Below, in pieces: positions 24,271 to 37,050 of a DNA stretch of 64,000 bases. Both the position numbers and the translations under genes were made by a program. The notes beneath the pieces were generated by a model. The model made no database searches. It saw only the letters and a program-made list of their open reading frames with translations, and was not told the origin of the DNA. Each line of letters begins with the position of its first letter. The stretch's first letter is position 1. The stretch spans positions 39,556,001 through 39,620,000 of the forward strand of contig CM060734.1 in the NCBI GenBank assembly GCA_030704615.1. The letters are read 5' to 3'. Source of the stretch: Takakia lepidozioides (lineage: Eukaryota; Plantae; Bryophyta).

Positions 24271-25209
24271 TGGACCGTAGCTCTTGGAGTTTGTTGTTTT
24301 ACCTCTAGTTTGTCTAACCCTAATCAGAGGGAGTGTAACTAATGACAGATCAGGGTTATAGCCTAGAGTATCTTATTGGATAATAGGTGAAAGATCACAC
24401 TTGAAAGGACATGACTCTACACCTCTTCAGTGTGAAGGGATTTAAGTGCTTGGTATCTGACTTCAACACACAAAACCCCAATGCATTTGTTAACGTGAGG
24501 AATTAACAATTTGCAGATAGTGATCTCCCGCCAAACATCTTTACCATTCAACTCACCCCCACGCAATTGAAGACGACTTCTTCACATAAACTTTGCCATA
24601 AAATCTTTAACTTTTGGGATGACAGCATAGATGCTTGAATTATAGGGGGGTTTCCGGATAGAGTATCCAGAACCTCATAAATATGCTACGTTCACAATGA
24701 TACTGAACTCCACATAACTTATAGTGAAGTAAACTCCCAAGTACCTCTTACAAAGTGCATAAAGAATTCTGTATAACTACTCTACACCAGCCAACATATC
24801 CACCAACCGTGACAGCATAATCACCAGATTTGCGTTCAATGCTTGTTAAGAACCTCCTCAGATGCCATGTTGACCATGATATTTAAACATCGCAGAGTGA
24901 AATACACCGTTGACCCAACTTCCGAAACTTCCGAATGCAAAGAAAGCTCACATATCCGTCGCAGTCGCAGTGTCACCCGTCACAACATCACCCGTTACCC
25001 AATTTATGTCACTGATGCAGAAATAATTCCGTCACAGCGGCAGCCTCATCAACCCCACGTCGAAAATATGAGTTCAGTGAGTGACCAATAATTCCTTATA
25101 AATGTTGTGAAGAGGCCCACATATCACTCGTCCACCAACCCCATAACAGAGTTCATTGACGAACAGCTTTAGTTCACTTGGAAGAAGTTCTTACAACTCT
25201 CTCCTAGTG

Positions 25210-25760
25210 CTCAAGGGCTGGTCTAAAGTCTAAAGTGGACACAAGTTCCAAAATCGAATGCCTGTGGGTGTCTCTCAAGCATACATGTTTTGGCCTCCAA
25301 AACTGTGAAACCCAGCTACTGAATCAGAAACGCAGCGATAACCGTGCATTACCGCATTACCGTTGCTTTCCTTCTGCACAATGCACCAATACTGGCCGAT
25401 CCAACTCCATGCACTGCTTAATCATCAAGACAGTACTAGGGAAAATTCCTAACATCTGCTCCTGCTCCTCCTCGTCACCTACATTGTAGATTGGGAAGCG
25501 CTGGAAAACGACGACATCCTCGAGGAGGGCGCTCTTGGGCACCTCTCCTCCGTGATGTTCAATACACTCCCAAAGTCATGCACTTCGGGCGCAATGGCGG
25601 CGATCCAACATAGAGCATGGGAAGAATTCGCGAGGAAGGCATCACAAGAACAAACACTGGGAGACGAAACTAACCGAGCAGCGGTAAGCCCTTCAACAAT
25701 ACTCGCAACCAAATCTAAAGCAACGATCCGTGTATAGTTCTTCTAACCCTAGAACCTTCG
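25210..25760 (-). pseudogene. Intronless dual-specificity protein phosphatase pseudogene
   Basis: GSVLNITEE(fs)VP...RFPIYNVGD...PVLVHCAEGKQR*C TVIAAFLI...ERHPQAF: HCxxGxxR active-site loop, disrupted by a stop and an 8-bp duplication. Confidence 0.75.
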
Positions 25761-26814
25761 CCAACACTTACGAGAGAGCAACCCATCGTATATATACTAT
25801 TAGTAAGTCGTTTCTTTTTCTTTTTCTCTTTCTTTTACTTCTTCTTTGTAGGTGGGGAAGGAGGACGACCCTGGAAAACTTGGGTTCTAAGCCATCCCAA
25901 TTGGTCATCTGGGTTGTCTCCGTCCTTGTTCTGTTTGATGTGTGAACGTTTAGGCTACATGTTGTCAAGATTCTTAACGCTTCTGACGGACCTAAAAAGG
26001 GTGCGTTCAAAAGAGATTTGGCACTGGAATGACAACATCTTCATTGTTGCTGGGGCTTGGGCAGCACTAGATGAGACCGTTTTTGCTGAGCCAGTGACTC
26101 GAGGCAATTATGGTGGGTCAGTGATTGCAAAGAATGAGCATTGGAATTTCCGAGGGACTCTGCGGGGTAAGCATCTTAAAGTTAGAGTTGCTGGTCAGTA
26201 GAACCAGACCGCTTTGAGACCGTGTCTGGGTGGCAACTGCGGTGGGTCAGTGATGGCCACCATCATTGCTTCAAGTCAGTGGGTTACACAGTAAATTCAT
26301 TCAGTGACTGGCCAATCTCACCAGAAGTAGCTTTTGCCTGTAACTCAGTTCCTGTATGCTCAGCTACAAAAAGGGGGATGGATCCTAGAGTCCTTCGTTT
26401 TGGCTGTGAGACAGTGCCCACCCTCCCAACTGAAGGCAGTGGCCCCTCTCTCGGGTGAAGTGGCGCAATTAATTTGACCCACAATTTGTGCTGGCTTTGG
26501 CAGAAGTCAAAATTTAATGCATGTTTTTAGAGTTCACATTGTATCAGGGAGTGAGCCAATGACTCTTTGCCAATCTCCTTGTCAAGTGCCCTTGAGGAGC
26601 CTTCGGGCTGGTTTTCAGGTTAAGTGGAAAGCCTTTGGATGAGCACGGTCCTTCATCTTCCTAGCACCAAATGTCAAGAAAAACCGGATTACTTGGCTCT
26701 ACTTGCCGGATTTGATGAATTGCACATCAGCTTATAGAAGATTCAAGTAGTCTGCCTAGGTGTGCTGGAAAGACCCCACAATGCATAATGCAGGCGAACA
26801 ATGTGCCTGTCACT

Positions 26815-29800
26815 TCATGGCCGAGCCAGATTGGGTAACTCAGTAGAATTGGGCAGAGGCGTAGACGAAGACTTTCTTGCTGCTCGATTCCATCTTATAG
26901 CAACCATGAGAGCATCCCCTTGTGGACCAAGGCCCCTTCGTCCCACCAGCTTCACCCTAAATTTCTGGCACAAATAGTAAAACCTACCCTGGTCTCCTCC
27001 TTTTACTTCCCTCAACTCGAATGCTTGTTGCCGGGTTATGGTGGTGTACAGATGCAAGCGCTGATCCACTGTGGCGCTTCCAACATTCTTCTTAGCTGTT
27101 GGTCCATACACCAGCCTCACCAGAGCTAATGAAAGTGGATCGTTAGTCTGATGGTCAAAAATAATGGAAAAGCTCCCAAACTCAAGGTCAGGCTCCTTGA
27201 AGAGATCTGCTAATGTGGCTGCGTATGATTGCACATCTTTGGGAATGGCTCGCTCTGCTTTAGGCGCCACTATTCTAGCTGCTGTAGCTGCTGCTATGTT
27301 GCTAGCCTCTCGTAGGCCACTTAGAAATGCACCATGCATGCTTGCTGGATACCGGCGACTGGTGGCCTCACCAGCAAAGAAGAGGTGGCCATCTCCAACA
27401 CTCTCCGCTAATATATCATAATCATCCCCAGATGCACCTACTGCCACATTCGAGTAAGAGCCATAACACAGGTAATCACTGCCCCACCGTGTACACACTG
27501 TCTGGACTGGATTTGGCACTTGAATCCCTCTAGGCTCATATATGCCTACAAACCCCAACAGATCCCCCCAGAATATGAAACTGACTTGAAAATTCAACAT
27601 GGCCTTCAAGTCTCACTTCAAATGCAAACATAAACTAAGAAACAGGATTAAAGGTAAAGGACACGCAAGTGTAAGTTCGCCAGCAAAGACTGAGGACATT
27701 CCATTAGTACCCAAGGAAGAGCCAAGCGTTCACGGTGCTGCTATGCAGAAAGATGATTAAGAGCACCAAAAATGATGTACATTTCTATACCCCTTGCATG
27801 AACAAGAAGGGTAATACAAGTTTCCTTACAACATGAAGCTCACAACATTCCGAGCAGATAATTCCAAAATAATAATCGCAATTCAACATTGTTGGTAGGT
27901 ACCTCTGAGAATGCTCATGACACGAGTCACAGCTTCCAGGGGAGGCTTGCTTTCAAACTCAATGGCTGCCTCTCCAGCCACCAGGGCTAGTAGCAGAGGC
28001 CCCCCGGAAACAGCAGCATAGCTGTAGAATAGAAAATACTCGCCTCGTTTGCTGGGATGCTCTGCAAGATGCCCAAAGGTGTCGAGTTCAGGGCCCCAGA
28101 AGACTTCCTGGAAGAGCATTACCACCTTGTTCAACAAACCAAACCCAAGCCTATCAATAGCATCCAGCTTGCGTTGTGGTAGCTCCGGTTCAAACTTAAC
28201 CGTCCGCTTCTTCAATACCCCGAGTGGCACCGTACAGAGTGCCACATCACCTTCAAACACCTGCTCTCCTGCTGTCACTTGCACACTTCCGCCTCCGTAC
28301 CTTATGGTCTGTACAGTCTTGCCATAGAAAATAGGTACATCCTCCGCCAAGGCACCAATAAGTTGCACATTGCCCCCGGGAAGAAAGCAGTGATCACCCC
28401 CCATTTCATAGGGGTCATCCTGGTCCCAAAACGCCAGTGATAAATTAGTCAGCAACCCTGCATTTGCATACTCTAAATTGGCCAAATGCCAATCATACAA
28501 CTGCCTCTCTTGAGGTGTCCCTCCTACCCCGTGACCTTGCCGTAACTCCTCCATTGCCGTGCCTAATGAAATGTCATTAGCAACCTGATCCATGCCTTCT
28601 CGCAACTTGCTAGCCTTGTCCAGCAATTTGTTAAATTGTGACTCCACCTTGGTATCCACATCATCTCTCACAGATTGCCCGTCAGGCTCATAAAGTGGGC
28701 ACTTTTCGCGGATCTTGTGGAGTGGTAAGCCCAACTGTCTTGCTAGCACCCCCAGAGGATTTCCATGAATCCCAGTTATCACACTCCCCCCTAGATCAGC
28801 AGCAGCTGTAAGGTTCTCCCCCTCCATCTTCTTGGTGTACACCCTACCCCCCGGCCGTTGCCTTCCTTCCACCACAACCACTTTGTGGCCAAATGCTAAC
28901 AGCTGCCGGGCAGCAGCCAAGCCTGCTAGCCCTGCACCTATAATGATCACCACTGCCTTGTCAGGTTCAGCCGGTATTGCAGACTTGATAGCAGGGGCAA
29001 CCCCAAAGTTAATGTACCCATGCGCAAGAAGGAATTTGTAGGCCGCTGCAACCAGGCTCTTGTACTGGCTTCGGATGGTCTCCATCACTGTCTCCTGATC
29101 CAACCATGCATTCACATTCTCTCTCCACCTGGCTAAAATATGATTGCGCACCACAATATAGTTTGCTTCCTCCACACCACCCACTGTGGAGACCACACCT
29201 GCCTCCATCTCTTCCTCCATCAGCGACTCCCTTGGAAATCCTATAGATGCGGCAATCATGGCCTCCACATTCACCTCTTTCTCCTCACTTGCCGGCTTCC
29301 TCTTGCGGCCCTTGGCTGGTGAAGGCCCTAATTGTTGCTCAATCATTGCATCCAAGGCTGTTTCATCATAGGTTGCACGTACCTTCTGCCGCACTGCTCG
29401 TATACCTCTGCCTCCTCCTCCTAGTTCTATCACCTCCTCTATGGGGTCCAAGCTCTCCCCACGTCTTCTTTTCCTCTTCTCCTCCATAGGTATGCCCTCT
29501 TGTCCACCGGAAGCACTAGGAAGGCCCCCCCCAGGTTGCTCAGCCACCGTCATGCTTCCATTGTGCTTGATAGCTCCTTGTGTTGTGAAGTTCGGGCTCA
29601 AAGGCGCCCTACCTACATCACCCTCTACACTGGTGCCATTGCTCTCAATCTGTAAGCTCCGTTCATCTCCTGTCCTCTCTTTCCAGCTTGCTGCTAGCCC
29701 TAACCCAGGGCCTTCTCCAGTCAAAAACCCTAAATCTGCAATAGGAGCAAATTGGGTCACATCCCTTGTCAACCCCTCCACCAGTCCATAATTTGACAGA

Positions 29801-29877
29801 TCGAGTTCTATATCCTGTCCCATTGTGTGTGGTAGGGAGGAACCCTCTTCGTTCACCCTTGCTCTTTCTTCCTCCAT
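26815..29877 (-). CDS. FLD: LSD1-family lysine-specific histone demethylase, FLOWERING LOCUS D-like (SWIRM + FAD amine oxidase); exons 29877-27903 and 27545-26815
   Basis: SWIRM (YIVVRNHILARWREN...HGYINFG), GAGLAG FAD motif, RPGGRV, FAGEATSRRYPASMHGAFLSGLREA, and an FLD-type C-terminus EPDLEFGSF...RQQAFELREVKGGD...KLVGRRGLG; GT-AG intron keeps frame. Start codon uncertain. Confidence 0.9.
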
Positions 29878-31184
29878 TGAACTCAATTGCTTTTCAGTCT
29901 CCTCATCCTCCCATGTAGAATCTCTCGTATCCTCCTCGCCAGAGCAAACACGCGGTGTGGTAATCACTTAGAGATCAACCACACCCTTGGGGTAATCACC
30001 TCCCTCCCCTCGAGATCAACCCATTTAGTGCGACTCTCGAGACCCGGGTAGTAAAGACGTGGTTGCTCTCAAGATCAGCAACGGCCATGTCGTTCCGCCT
30101 CCCTCGCCGCACCGCGAGTCATGCACCGTTTCCAACTCCGAATTCCTAGAGACCTTCTTGCAAAAAAGGTGACAACTATGTCTATCTTGGGATACTCCGA
30201 ATCAGGGTTTGGAGATGCTAACAGAAAATGATTCTCGTCCCCACTGTTGTAAATCTCTGTACCTTGCATTCAGCACTAGTACATTCATCCTGTGAATTCC
30301 ACAGCCCCAAAATCAATAAAGTGCGATGATCATCTGAAGTACATACCAATAGGGTTGCGCAGATATCAATTTTTTTTATATCAGCCCCTTAGGGATGTCT
30401 GTGTTGTCCCCTTTTGGGGTTTGGAGCTTTCTCATTTCTAATATCCATCCGGCTGGCGCCAAATATAATTTTTAAGCCTACCGTATGTAATTATTAGGAA
30501 ACAAATGGACTTTAAGTTATGTCTGGATGGTGGATGGTCACCGGGGTTCACTAGGTTATCCAAGTTTCTTTTATTGAAAAACAAAATATAAACTCAAAAA
30601 TATAGTATATTAAAAATACCTATGAGCTATTTACAATTATTATGGTAGCCTAACTGAGTCAGTGCGCCTACTAAGGTGTTTTTTCTCAATGGGACAGAGG
30701 TTCTATTGTAGATAATGCCGAGATAAAAGTGTCCCTTCAAATCTCAGGAGAAGGCATCATAAAAAGGGAAGTTAAATCTGGGTGCCCTTTCAAATCTTAA
30801 AAAAGGAAGGCTAAAATGGAGAGCTTGTTCTCAACATCAATCTCTTGCAAAACAACACATTGACTTATAATATATTCTTAGCAATCAGCGGGGACTTTCC
30901 CCGCCCTTTTCCAGGGTTTGCTTGGGTTTACCCTTGGGAATTGTCTTTGTGAGTGAGGTTGTAGGGGAGCCCTATAAGTATGTAGGTGAGTAGATGATCA
31001 AACTAAGGGGAGATGGATAGGTTTGTGTTGTGGTGGATGCAAAGTAATAATGTGATAGAGGTTCAAGACAATTTAAGTTATGGTGAGGTGTGTTTGTGTT
31101 TCAGTTCATGTGGCAACGTACAACCACTTATAAGGTAGCATTGTATCATAACCACTATGCCATCTGTTGGATGCTCTGAAAAAA

Positions 31185-31618
31185 TGCCAGGAACCCAGGT
31201 GACATGGTGGAGGATGCATGAGACCAAATTTCCGCTGCAAACTAAAAATCTAGACAAGATATTTTTTGTCTTAAGAAAAACTGGTAAGATGATCCTATAC
31301 TAGATTGCAGATCATCAAAATGCATTTAAGTATCTTAAGAAAATAAAAGAGAACATAAGAGGGTTTGGCAGATGAGCCTACGGATAATTTGAGGATGAGG
31401 TAAAGAGAAAAGAAATTCCCGAGGATGAGAATTACACATTGGATATTAAGTTTTTTTAAGATATCCGCCGGTTCCGGGTATTACCAACATGACAAATAGC
31501 AGATCCGGATATGCATCCGGTTAAATCATCCGGTTAGTGGGTATGCCGGTGAGGATCCTAAAAAATGTTGATTCCGGGTCCGGATACATTGATATCCTGA
31601 TGATTCAGCCTAACACTG
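31185..31618 (+). mobile_element. hAT-like transposon 3' remnant
   Basis: TWWRMHETKFPL resembles the hAT dimerisation domain; ATCCGG-rich subterminal region ending CTAACACTG (CAGTGTT-type TIR). No left TIR found. Confidence 0.45.
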
Positions 31619-31899
31619 ATGACAATAATGTAGGTGCCAACATATAGGTTGATTTATTGAGGGACATGGTCGTATGGCATTCCTACTTGTACCAAACGCC
31701 CAATAAATCAAAGGTAAAAGCATCTAAGGATAATTTTAAAGTATAAAAAAATCTATAATTAGGGAATATCTGGTGACCACGTGGGATGAAGATAGCCTTT
31801 GGTTCCATTACACACACTATTTGCACATTAAATCAACCATCAATAAATCATTGTAGATGCACACATACCAGAAATAATGTCTACATACGATCCACAGTG

Positions 31900-34800
31900 T
31901 CGAGGTCATGTTATCCTTCAGTAGTAGTAACAACATCTATGGCCCCGGCCCAGCTAGTGGTATCACCCTCATCCCAACCCCACCAGCAAGAAGCTCCAAT
32001 GGTGGTGACGGTGGTTTGCGACAACACCAGTCAGAACGAGTTTGTCTCCCTAAGCAGCCATACATCTAATCTGACCCCCTCCAACAAGACCATTTGCTTG
32101 CACTTGAAGATCAAACTGAGGTACACAGTCCCAACATCACCCTTCTTCCACTAGTCCACATTTCTGGATACGCTCGGAGTCCCACAAAAGTCACCTCACC
32201 ACTAGATTCTCTACCTCGCTCGACAATAGGTCCATGCTCAACCCTCCTTCTGCCCTTGGACCTTCCATTCGGTCGACTCCTTCAGCTGCATCACCCCCTC
32301 CTACAGCTCCATACCTTCCACAACCACCAATTGTTCATACTACATAACATATTTCTTGCTCCGCTTGCGGTCGCCTTTTCGCCCGAATTAGAGGTTTGGC
32401 TCGCCATCAATGCACTTGCACAACTTTTCGGCAAGCTAACCATGAAGGTTCCTTTGTGCCCACTCCCCGAATTAGTGTCTTACAAACTCCCCTCCATCCA
32501 CTGTATATTGGACATGGCTCTCCTCATTTGATGTACTTTTGGAGCTTTCATTTGGGATTGCCCCGCCCCGGCCTCTACACACACATCCCGGTGCCCCTTC
32601 GTCAAGAGGTCCAACATTGCTTTCGTATGCCTTTATACAAACTGGCCCGGAATCCTGGTGATGTGTTGACGAGGTATCTTCTTTTGTTGTTTGCCCAGTG
32701 ATGTTTGGTCCTGCCACCACATGATGAAAGCTGGTCATGGAGAGACTCGCACCCGGCTCCGATGCTTTTTCGTGGGAGGCTGGGAGAATCTTTAAGAAGA
32801 GCATTATCTCCGGGCACAAGCCCTGGGTGCGCGTGCTCTTGCTGACACTTCCTCACAATCAGACTCTTCTATTCATAGACGACTTCAGCACAGCCTCATG
32901 CTAGGACGGGTAGGCGAGTTCTCGTGCAGCTTGCGCTCTCACACCATTTGCTCCCGCCCCACCTTTTATGGACACTATTGCCGCTCTGCATGCTCTCCAT
33001 CCTGAGGCAGACAACACGAGATGATCTCCCATCGCGCAGCTCACTAACTGCGAACCTTATTCCCCCAAGGGTCTTCGAGTGCGCCCCGGCGGGTTTATCC
33101 AGCTTTTCTCAATGACTTCGAGCCAAATCAGGACCTTCAGCTTGATCTCTCTCTCTTCACCCAAGCGTTTATTCGCAGCTCGCATCTTTCCACACTAGGA
33201 CCATCTCGTATGTTATACGAACATTTGCGTGACTGTTTTTCTTCAAAAGACTCTGCTAGTGGCCGCTTCTCCCAACTATTTCAAGTTTGTTTCTACATTG
33301 CCGCGTGGCCGTATCCCTACTCCAATGGCACGTCTTGTCGGAGCCTCCCGACTAAGCAATAAACTTTAAAAACAACATCCGTCCCATTGCCATTGGGAAG
33401 TCTTGTATTGTCTTGTCAGCCGTTCCCTTGTTATGTAGTACCGTGATGCATTCTTTACCCATCTCTTCCCACACTAAGTTTGGCGTCGCCACTCCAGTGG
33501 TTGTGAGGTTGTGGTACATGGGAATCAGACTATTTCGACCTTCACCCGGACTCGGTTGTGTTTCAATCGATGTAGCAAACGCCTTCAACTCCGTCTGCCG
33601 TAGTGCCATCTTCCAAGAACTTCGTTCTGCTGGAGGGGGTAAATTCCACCAACTCATCCCTTTTATTAGACAATTTTATGCATTTGCCGCCGTTTTTTTT
33701 TATAGTCACCATTCCCATACATGCAACTATACCGTCATCCAGTCAGAGGCTGGCACCCGACAGGGGTATCTTTTGGGGGCACCTTTGTTTGCCATGGCAC
33801 ATCTGCGCACCCATTACGTCATCTGCAAATAGAATTTCCAACTTGCCAGTCTCAAGCAGTTGTTGACGACACTCTTGACATCATTGGCCTGGCTTCCAAG
33901 GTGCTCTTGGCGTACAACCACTTCGCCACTCAGCTTTAGGGTGTGGGCTATTGGTTCAACCTTGCTACTGTGTGGCATGGTCTCTAGCCGCCTTGCTCCC
34001 AGATTTTGTATCTCCTATTGTACACTTCATCACGTCGTCTGACGGCATTTGCGTCTTGGGCGACCCCTTCGGTACCACCTCTTTGACTTCTTGTTTCTTG
34101 GAGAATGCCCTTGATCAGGAGGTCATTCATTCTGACCTCCTTCCTCGGCTCGGGACCTACATGTAGCTTATGGCATACCAACGAAATGCTTTATCCAGCG
34201 GCCATCCTATCTTATTAGGACCTTCTCCCCTACTCCTGACATGCGGTTATTGTCAAGGTTTGATGCTACCATCATGAATATCTTTGGTCATCTTCTGAGG
34301 ACCGGGGTCTTTGGATGGATCCGAAGAAACTTTAGCTCACCAACAAGCTATCCTTCCCATCTCTTTCGGAGGTGTAGGCTTGCTCTCCACAATCAGCACT
34401 TCCCACTTTGCATTCTTGGACAATTGGGCATTGATCGCCTCTGCCCTCACACCCTGCTAAGATCTGTGTAGTCAGTGACCCCTGCTCATGGACCCCACTG
34501 CTCACGTCGAAACTGACACTTTCCCTTTCCAACAACATCTTTGCTCTACACAAGATCTTCTTCCGGCACCAGCACGAGCGCATCTTCCCCCATTCAAGCA
34601 ATTGCTTGACCAAGATATCGATCACCTATACAAGACTATCAAGGATCGTGTGCACCGACACTCCTTCCCCAACATGCTTTTCAATAGTTCTTTCTCTAAT
34701 GTACATCATGCTGGGCTTTTATCTTGTGTAGGCCTAAGTGCAGGCGTATGGCTGTCGGCGCGACCCACCATTACCCCCTTTCGTTTGTCATTACCCATCT

Positions 34801-35640
34801 TTGCCACGGCTCTTCGTTTGTGGCTTAGGCTAGCTACCGCATCCCTCTGTGTTTGGCCTGCGTCAACATTGTCTTTACCACCAGCCTATCGACGCAATTG
34901 CTGTCCATCGATGTCCATGTGATGGAGATCACACCACCACCCATGACGTTGTCCGACCTAACCTTGTTACATGCATCGATTATGCGAGAGGCTGGTTTCC
35001 ATGTCTTGTGAGAGCAATCTCATGTCCTCCCTTCTCACACTCTTCAGTCCACTCGACGAAGTGTCGACATTATCCTGTCTTGAGATGGTCTTCGCACCCT
35101 AGTCGACGTTGTCATTGCTGACCCTACCCGATCCGACCTACCTTCACATTCGGCATCTCCCGGGGTCCTGCGGCTTTGGTTGCTGCTTAAGTCAAGGAAT
35201 GCGACTATCGGGACAAACACTAACACTTTCATCCCCTTGGCTTTGGAGGTATTCGGCTGTCTCCATCGCCAATTTGACGACCTACTCCGTTCATGTGCCC
35301 ATCAATGCAAGCAGCTCCAAACAAGCCCAGGGGCATTCCATGCCTATGTGTTTGTGGCTTTTTACAAACAAAAAATTGTTGTTGCATTATAGAGAGCTCA
35401 GGCAATGGCCATTTTACATCGGGCAGATGTAGTTGGATCGGCTTCATCCCACCTCCCAACTCTCCCGGACGTTTCGCCCATGTTGCCCTGCGACCTACTT
35501 TAGGTAGTAGGTTGGGATGACTGATCAGTTTGAATTAGCTTAGTTTAGCTTGCTTCTCCTTGCTCCCTTCTTTGTTTTTTCCCAGGTTTTGGGGTTTTTC
35601 TATCATACGTTCAAATACCTCATGTTTCCTATAAATAAAG
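31900..35640 (+). mobile_element. CRE-like non-LTR retrotransposon with restriction-like endonuclease (degenerate)
   Basis: N-terminal CSACGRLFARIRGLARHQC zinc finger; RT motifs IRPIAIG, FGVATP, IDVANAFNSVCR, GTRQG, VDD, GICVLGDPFG; C-terminal THDVVR, RRVDII, LVDVVIADPT, FIPLALEVFG; AATAAA near 35632. Confidence 0.8.
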
Positions 35641-35769
35641 CTGTACATGAGTCATTTAATTTAAGGGTTTGTAGATGATTTGTGGAGGGTTGTACATGAT
35701 AGTTGATTACATGGGTATGTGGTATCCCATACCTCAGATACTTATAGCATGCCTAGAGCATGGTGAAAG

Positions 35770-37050
35770 AATGTACTGATGCTCTTCCTGCTAAAGTTGG
35801 CTTGCCATAACCTTACGGCCATTGACCTCACGCGTAACTAACCCTCCCGATGTTTTTTGTGGGGTTTGCACCCATCGAAGTTTAGCTTATCCATGAGCTG
35901 CAGATATAAACTTGATCTCCACCAACTGACATTGAGGTGCTCACAAATGCACTTGTTTGCATGCAAACTCGACAGCCCAGTTGAGGGTTGGTGATCTAGT
36001 TTTGTAGCAGGGTAAGAGCGAGAGCTAGAGAGCGCGACCTTGCAGCCTCTATACATCTGCTGTGAAAAATACAAAATGAGCAAAAACAGCCACGGCGGCT
36101 AAGTTCAAGGTCTTTAAGTAGGCAGAAACCCTAAGTCTCCTGGGAAGATTCGAGTGCAGCTTATTCTAGCCTAGGCACCTCAAAAGAGGTGAAAGGAAAT
36201 TGCAGGCGCATATTTTCCCAAGCACACCATGGTTAGGGGCTGCCCACTCCTCAGCATCAACCAACATCTAACTCCACGAAGTGAGTTGAAACTTGTTTCT
36301 GGCCAAGACACATACTTCATCATCATGCACATCTCGCTAGGTTCATAGATGAAATTTCCAGTGTTGTGACAAGAACAACCTTCATACCTTGCACTGTAAG
36401 CACATGCTAGACCTGGCCTTTTGTAACTCTCAAAAATTTGAAACATTCTTTGAAGACTCAATGCAGTTGACGCGTCTTTCAAAGAATATAATGCAAAAAA
36501 TTCAGGATTGTTTATCCCTGGAGTAGGAGACAATGAGGTCTGGAAGCCAGTGGACAAGTGCTGAAGTGGTGATACCTTATTACAGTCGAGGGAAGACATT
36601 CTCATCGAATGGGAAAGTCAATGGAAGGCTACCCACACGCTCTCACACTTTCATATCCACAAAACAAGCTTGTCAGCAATGGAAAAGACTAATATTGATT
36701 CAGATTCTAGATCTGTGGACTTCTGACATTACCCAAATGAAGCTCATATCCAAGTGTTGAAGGTGATTATCATCTCTGGGATGGAAAAAGGTGGGCTAAC
36801 TGCTCTCTTCGCTTCTTACTTGTACATGGCTTGAGAGACTCTCTTAGCACAAGTCTTGTAAACATGGAGACTGTAGGTGAGGTGACTACCAGGGAGGAGA
36901 ATCCCAGCTCAGAGCATATTGGAATTTTGGGCACAGCTACACCACCGCTTAACTAAGGGTACGGAGACTTCATTCTTCACTGTCTGCTTGAACTCACTGA
37001 GTCTTCATCAACCATGCAGATCTGGTCTTGCAGGAGAAGAGTAAGGTCCT
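35770..37050 (-). mobile_element. Highly degenerate LINE 3' remnant
   Basis: Carries the shared tail GCGTGAGGTCAATGGCCGTAAGGTTATGGCAAGCC...AGTACATT; residual WLMLRSGQPL and FQY/GILL RT-thumb-like peptides. Confidence 0.55.

Larger units (their letters stand above)
18002..24465 (+). mobile_element. Ty1/Copia element 1 (degenerate), with a LINE nested in its 5' LTR and an antisense Copia nested internally
   Basis: 5' LTR TGTAGC... 18002-18860 ending CA; degenerate PBS-Met TGCTACTAGAGCC 18861-18873; Gag (KMRENESMTQHV), CFFCKSLGHIQKYC, protease WLVDTGATEHM, RT (IGCKWVFK, YVDD), RNase H (SDADWAGD, SSTESEY). PPT AGAGGGAG plus a related LTR from 24334. Confidence 0.85.

Noticed and set aside
25914-26500. 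Extra coding exons downstream of FLD
   Set aside because: The FLD ORF has a normal stop at 26815; downstream frames are short and motif-free.
28049-29791. Plus-strand ORFs overlapping FLD
   Set aside because: Antisense shadows of a GC-rich exon.
26815-29877. Functional epigenetic cluster of FLD with the DNMT retroelement
   Set aside because: Separated by unrelated TE debris; no sequence evidence beyond proximity.
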